Below are positions 61,105 to 64,000 of a stretch of 64,000 nt of DNA, piece by piece. A model generated the notes under the pieces. The model worked only from the letters and a program-made list of their open reading frames with translations. It was not told the DNA's origin and did not search any database. Source of the DNA: Ignavibacteria bacterium (GTDB taxonomy: Bacteria; Bacteroidota; Ignavibacteria; Kapaibacteriales; Kapaibacteriaceae); the NCBI GenBank assembly GCA_947495975.1, contig CANMBE010000002.1, positions 89,192-153,191 of the forward strand. The letters run 5' to 3'. Numbering within the stretch: position 1 is the first letter of the stretch; the number at the start of each line of letters is the position of its first letter. The position numbers and the translations under genes are program-made.

Positions 61105-63739
61105 GAAGAGTACCCTTTAACTCAGCTATTGCTTGCATTGCTTGTAGTGGCGTCATATTGTCAACATCGAGTTTTCGCAACCGATCACGCAGACCATCGT
61201 CGCGAACCTCAAAAAGCGAAATTTGCCCAGCACCAGCGCGCGCTGGCTCGGTGGGTACGTGCTGTCCCGATTCTAACTGCACCAACACTGCCCGAGCCGT
61301 TGCCAGCACAGACGGCGGAAGACCAGCCATTCGAGCCACATGAATACCGAATGAGTGGTCAGAATGCCCGTCAACAACACGGTGCGTAAAGACGATCTCA
61401 TCGCCAACTTCGCGTACTTCAACCTGAAGATTCTTTACCCGCGAAAATTGTGTGGCTAATGCCGTGAGTTCATGATAGTGCGTAGCAAAGATTGTTTTTG
61501 CTCCAATCACTTCATGAAGGTATTCCGCAATTGCCCATGCAATCGAAATTCCATCAAACGTTGCAGTGCCCCTTCCCACTTCATCAAGCAGGATGAGACT
61601 TTTCCTTGTGGCATTGTTGAGGATATTGGCCGACTCTTGCATTTCCACAAGGAACGTGCTCTCGCCTGCCACGATGTTGTCCTGCGCTCCAACACGAGTG
61701 AATATTCTATCAGTGAGTGGTACTTCAGCAGACGTAGCTGGCACAAAACTCCCAACGTGAGCCAGGAAGACGATGAGACCAACTTGCCTGAGGTAGCTCG
61801 ACTTACCAGACATATTCGGTCCAGTAAGGATGTGCATCTGATTTGTATCCGTATCCATGTGCACAGTGTTTGAAGTATACGGGGCTCCTGGTGGCAACAC
61901 ACGCTCAATAACGGGATGGCGTGCATCAGTAATGTTGAGTTGCGATCCAGTGTGCATCTGTGGCTCACAATATTCATACTGTATGGCTACATCAGCAAAG
62001 CCGGTGAGCACATCAATTGTAGCAATGAGAGACGAGGTTTTTTGAATAGCCGCACAATCAACAGAAACGAATTGCCGCAACTCGTCCATCAATCGGGCTT
62101 CAATATGAGAAACCATCGAAGCAGAATTGATAATCTTGTGCTCATATTCTTTTAACGTTATCGTAGTATATCGCTCTGCATTAACCAACGTCTGCCTACG
62201 ATCATACCGCTCGGGAACACGATCGCGGTGAGTGTTGGAAATCTCGATGTAATACCCAAAGACATTTGTGAAGGATACTTTTAACGTTGAGATGCCTGTT
62301 TCTGCGCGCTCTTGCGCCTGATACGAAGAGATCCATTCTTTCCCATGATGCAGAGCATCAGTTGCTTCATCTAGATCTGCATTGTACGCAGAGCGGAAAA
62401 TACTTCCCGATCCTATCTGTAACGATGGTTCATCGAGCAATGCTTGCTGGAGTTGCGCTACTGTTGACTCATGCATTGTGAGCTTCATGCCGAGCTCCCG
62501 CACTTCTGCAAACAAACTTTTATCACACAACTGCTTTAGGTTGGGTAGCTGCAAAAGACCGTGGCGCAGAGCAACAAGGTCTCTTGATGTAGCACGATTG
62601 GATACAACCTTTGCGATCAGTCGCTCGAGGTCGCCAACATTCGTAAGTAGTTGGCGGATCTCGGTAAGTCGCTGTTGATCTCTTACAAATGCTCTGACGA
62701 TGCAATGGCGCTCCTGAATTCGCTCGAGATCGACGAGTGGAGATTGCAACCACCAACGCAAGAGCCGGCCACCCATTGGTGTCACTGCTTTATCGAGAAT
62801 GGATATTAACGCGCCAACGGAACCATCGCCCAACATCGAAGAATGAATCTCAAGGTTTCTGCGTGTGGAAGCATCAAGCAACATTGTTGCATCGGTGCGG
62901 AGAATGCTAAGCCCCGTAACCTGACGAAGTGCGCCCTTCTGCGTCTCACCAATGTAATGCAACACAACACCCGCGGCGCGTGCTCCACACGTGAGCGCTT
63001 CTGCGCCGAAACCTTTGAGCGATGCCGTTTGAAAATGCCGCAGCAATACGTTAGTTGTAAAGTCCGGTTCAAAAATCCACGACTCTAAACGTGTACGAGC
63101 TGGGGAAAAAGGCAGTCGATCTAAAAGGGGCTCCCACCAATCACGCTGGTCTTTGTTAACAATAATCTCCGCGGGCATAAACGACTCGATCATGGCGGCA
63201 AGTCGGTTAGGAGAGATATCTCCGGCGGTAAAGGTGCCAGTAGAGATATCGGCTACAGCAAGACCACACATTGGGTTCTGTTTTGTTGGACCCGTTATTG
63301 CTGCAACGTACGTGTGTGTCCTATGATCAAGCAGCTTGTCATACATCACAACACCGGGAGTGACTACTTCTACTACATCCCGTTTGACGATACCCTTTGC
63401 AAGTTTTGGGTCTTCGAGTTGTTCACAGACAGCTACACGGTGCCCGGCTTTTACAAGCTTTGGCAGGTAATTGTCGAGCTGATGATGCGGAAATCCTGCT
63501 AGTGGAATCTCTCCTGCAGCTCCATTATTGCGCTTTGTGAGCGTAATCCCACAAGCCTTGGCTGTGAGGACTGCGTCTTGACCAAACGTTTCGTAGAAAT
63601 CACCAAGCCTAAAGAGCAACACCGTATCTGGGTGGCGTTCCTTAATCTGGTTGTATTGCCGCATGAGCGGAGTTTCGTGGGTTGGCTTCACACGGGAATT
63701 TACGAACTGGGAAGCCGTTAATTTGAAGACCGACAGCAA
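61094..63739 (-). CDS. mutS: DNA mismatch repair protein MutS
   Basis: TPLMRQYNQIKERHPDTVLLFRLGDFYE and Walker A GPNMSGKSS. Confidence 0.95.
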   Translation of the reverse strand: MLSVFKLTASQFVNSRVKPTHETPLMRQYNQIKERHPDTVLLFRLGDFYETFGQDAVLTAKACGITLTKRNNGAAGEIPLAGFPHHQLDNYLPKLVKAGHRVAVCEQLEDPKLAKGIVKRDVVEVVTPGVVMYDKLLDHRTHTYVAAITGPTKQNPMCGLAVADISTGTFTAGDISPNRLAAMIESFMPAEIIVNKDQRDWWEPLLDRLPFSPARTRLESWIFEPDFTTNVLLRHFQTASLKGFGAEALTCGARAAGVVLHYIGETQKGALRQVTGLSILRTDATMLLDASTRRNLEIHSSMLGDGSVGALISILDKAVTPMGGRLLRWWLQSPLVDLERIQERHCIVRAFVRDQQRLTEIRQLLTNVGDLERLIAKVVSNRATSRDLVALRHGLLQLPNLKQLCDKSLFAEVRELGMKLTMHESTVAQLQQALLDEPSLQIGSGSIFRSAYNADLDEATDALHHGKEWISSYQAQERAETGISTLKVSFTNVFGYYIEISNTHRDRVPERYDRRQTLVNAERYTTITLKEYEHKIINSASMVSHIEARLMDELRQFVSVDCAAIQKTSSLIATIDVLTGFADVAIQYEYCEPQMHTGSQLNITDARHPVIERVLPPGAPYTSNTVHMDTDTNQMHILTGPNMSGKSSYLRQVGLIVFLAHVGSFVPATSAEVPLTDRIFTRVGAQDNIVAGESTFLVEMQESANILNNATRKSLILLDEVGRGTATFDGISIAWAIAEYLHEVIGAKTIFATHYHELTALATQFSRVKNLQVEVREVGDEIVFTHRVVDGHSDHSFGIHVARMAGLPPSVLATARAVLVQLESGQHVPTEPARAGAGQISLFEVRDDGLRDRLRKLDVDNMTPLQAMQAIAELKGTLHEG

Positions 63740-63763
63740 TCGTGTATCTTTGCAAGCTCCGAC

Positions 63764-63854
63764 GGAGGGGTGGCCGAGTGGCTGAAGGCAACGGTTTGCT
63801 AAACCGTCATAGGGATTTTAATCCCTATCGAGGGTTCGAATCCCTCCCTCTCCT
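63764..63854 (+). tRNA. tRNA-Ser (anticodon GCU), class II with a long variable arm
   Basis: Hand-folded: acceptor GGAGGGG/CCTCTCC, D-arm GCC..GGC, anticodon loop TTGCTAA, 8-bp variable stem and T-arm GAGGG-TTCGAAT-CCCTC. Confidence 0.85.
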
Positions 63855-63862
63855 CACTTTTT

Positions 63863-63892
63863 AGCCCTACGCTACGGCGTGGGGCTTTTTTC
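63863..63892 (+). terminator. rho-independent terminator after tRNA-Ser
   Basis: AGCCCTACGC-tacg-GCGTGGGGCT followed by TTTTTT. Confidence 0.5.
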
Positions 63893-63903
63893 GTATTTAA
63901 TTC

Positions 63904-64000
63904 ATGTCAGTCGAACGCACCATACGAAAGATCGTTTCTCACCGAAAGGCCTTGTACGAATACGAGGTAATCCAGCGGTTTGAGGCGGGTATTGCACTTA
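63904..64000 (+). CDS. smpB: SsrA-binding protein SmpB, 3'-truncated by the window edge
   Basis: MSVERTIRKIVSHRKALYEYEVIQRFEAGIAL matches the SmpB N-terminus (NRKA.HDY.I.E.FEAGI.L). Confidence 0.7.
   Translation, partial: MSVERTIRKIVSHRKALYEYEVIQRFEAGIAL

Noticed and set aside
63740-63903. tRNA-Ser as a possible integration site for a genomic island
   Set aside because: The flanks are core genes (mutS and smpB). No integrase, direct repeat of the tRNA 3' end or foreign-looking genes adjoin it.
1-64000. CRISPR arrays, IS elements or transposases, prophage genes, rRNA
   Set aside because: I saw no regularly spaced short repeats, no DDE or serine/tyrosine recombinase-like translations in the ORF set, and no rRNA-like stretches.

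Overview
This 64 kb window is a gene-dense chromosomal segment of a Gram-negative bacterium, probably from the FCB group (Bacteroidota, Rhodothermota or Chlorobiota-like). The lineage call rests on a 2271-aa SprA-type T9SS translocon, a PorV/PorQ-like barrel, a T9SS C-terminal sorting-domain remnant, a Bacteroidetes-style TAnnTTTG promoter motif and an hrcA-grpE-dnaJ operon. Most genes are housekeeping: truA, parAB, hrcA-grpE-dnaJ, rsmD-coaD-rimO, infC-rpmI-rplT-pheS, lon, rpmG, holB, uvrC, ugd, pta, hslO, mutS, tRNA-Ser(GCU) and the start of smpB. Accessory or unusual content is: (1) an SOS-type mutagenesis cassette at the 5' end with an XRE-HTH/S24 (LexA-like) repressor, an ImuB-like inactive Y-family protein whose C-terminal DUF4113-like module lies in a separate overlapping ORF, and DnaE2, with no imuA, preceded by an AT-richer gene cut by the window edge; (2) a GH2-like periplasmic domain fused to a multi-pass membrane domain, sitting 9 bp upstream of hrcA; (3) a RavA-like AAA+ ATPase and ViaA-like vWA protein pair; (4) a translationally coupled TPR / outer-membrane barrel / SPOR / TonB / mini-membrane-protein module; (5) a long co-oriented run sprA-parA-parB-thioesterase-PorV-like-small ORF-fused CrtYcd lycopene cyclase-vWA-Ogg2; (6) a decayed T9SS cargo gene (BNR repeat plus CTD) next to a bidirectional terminator. 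I saw no CRISPR array, transposase, integrase or prophage signature. All calls come from reading the translations and DNA by eye; nothing was searched or computed.
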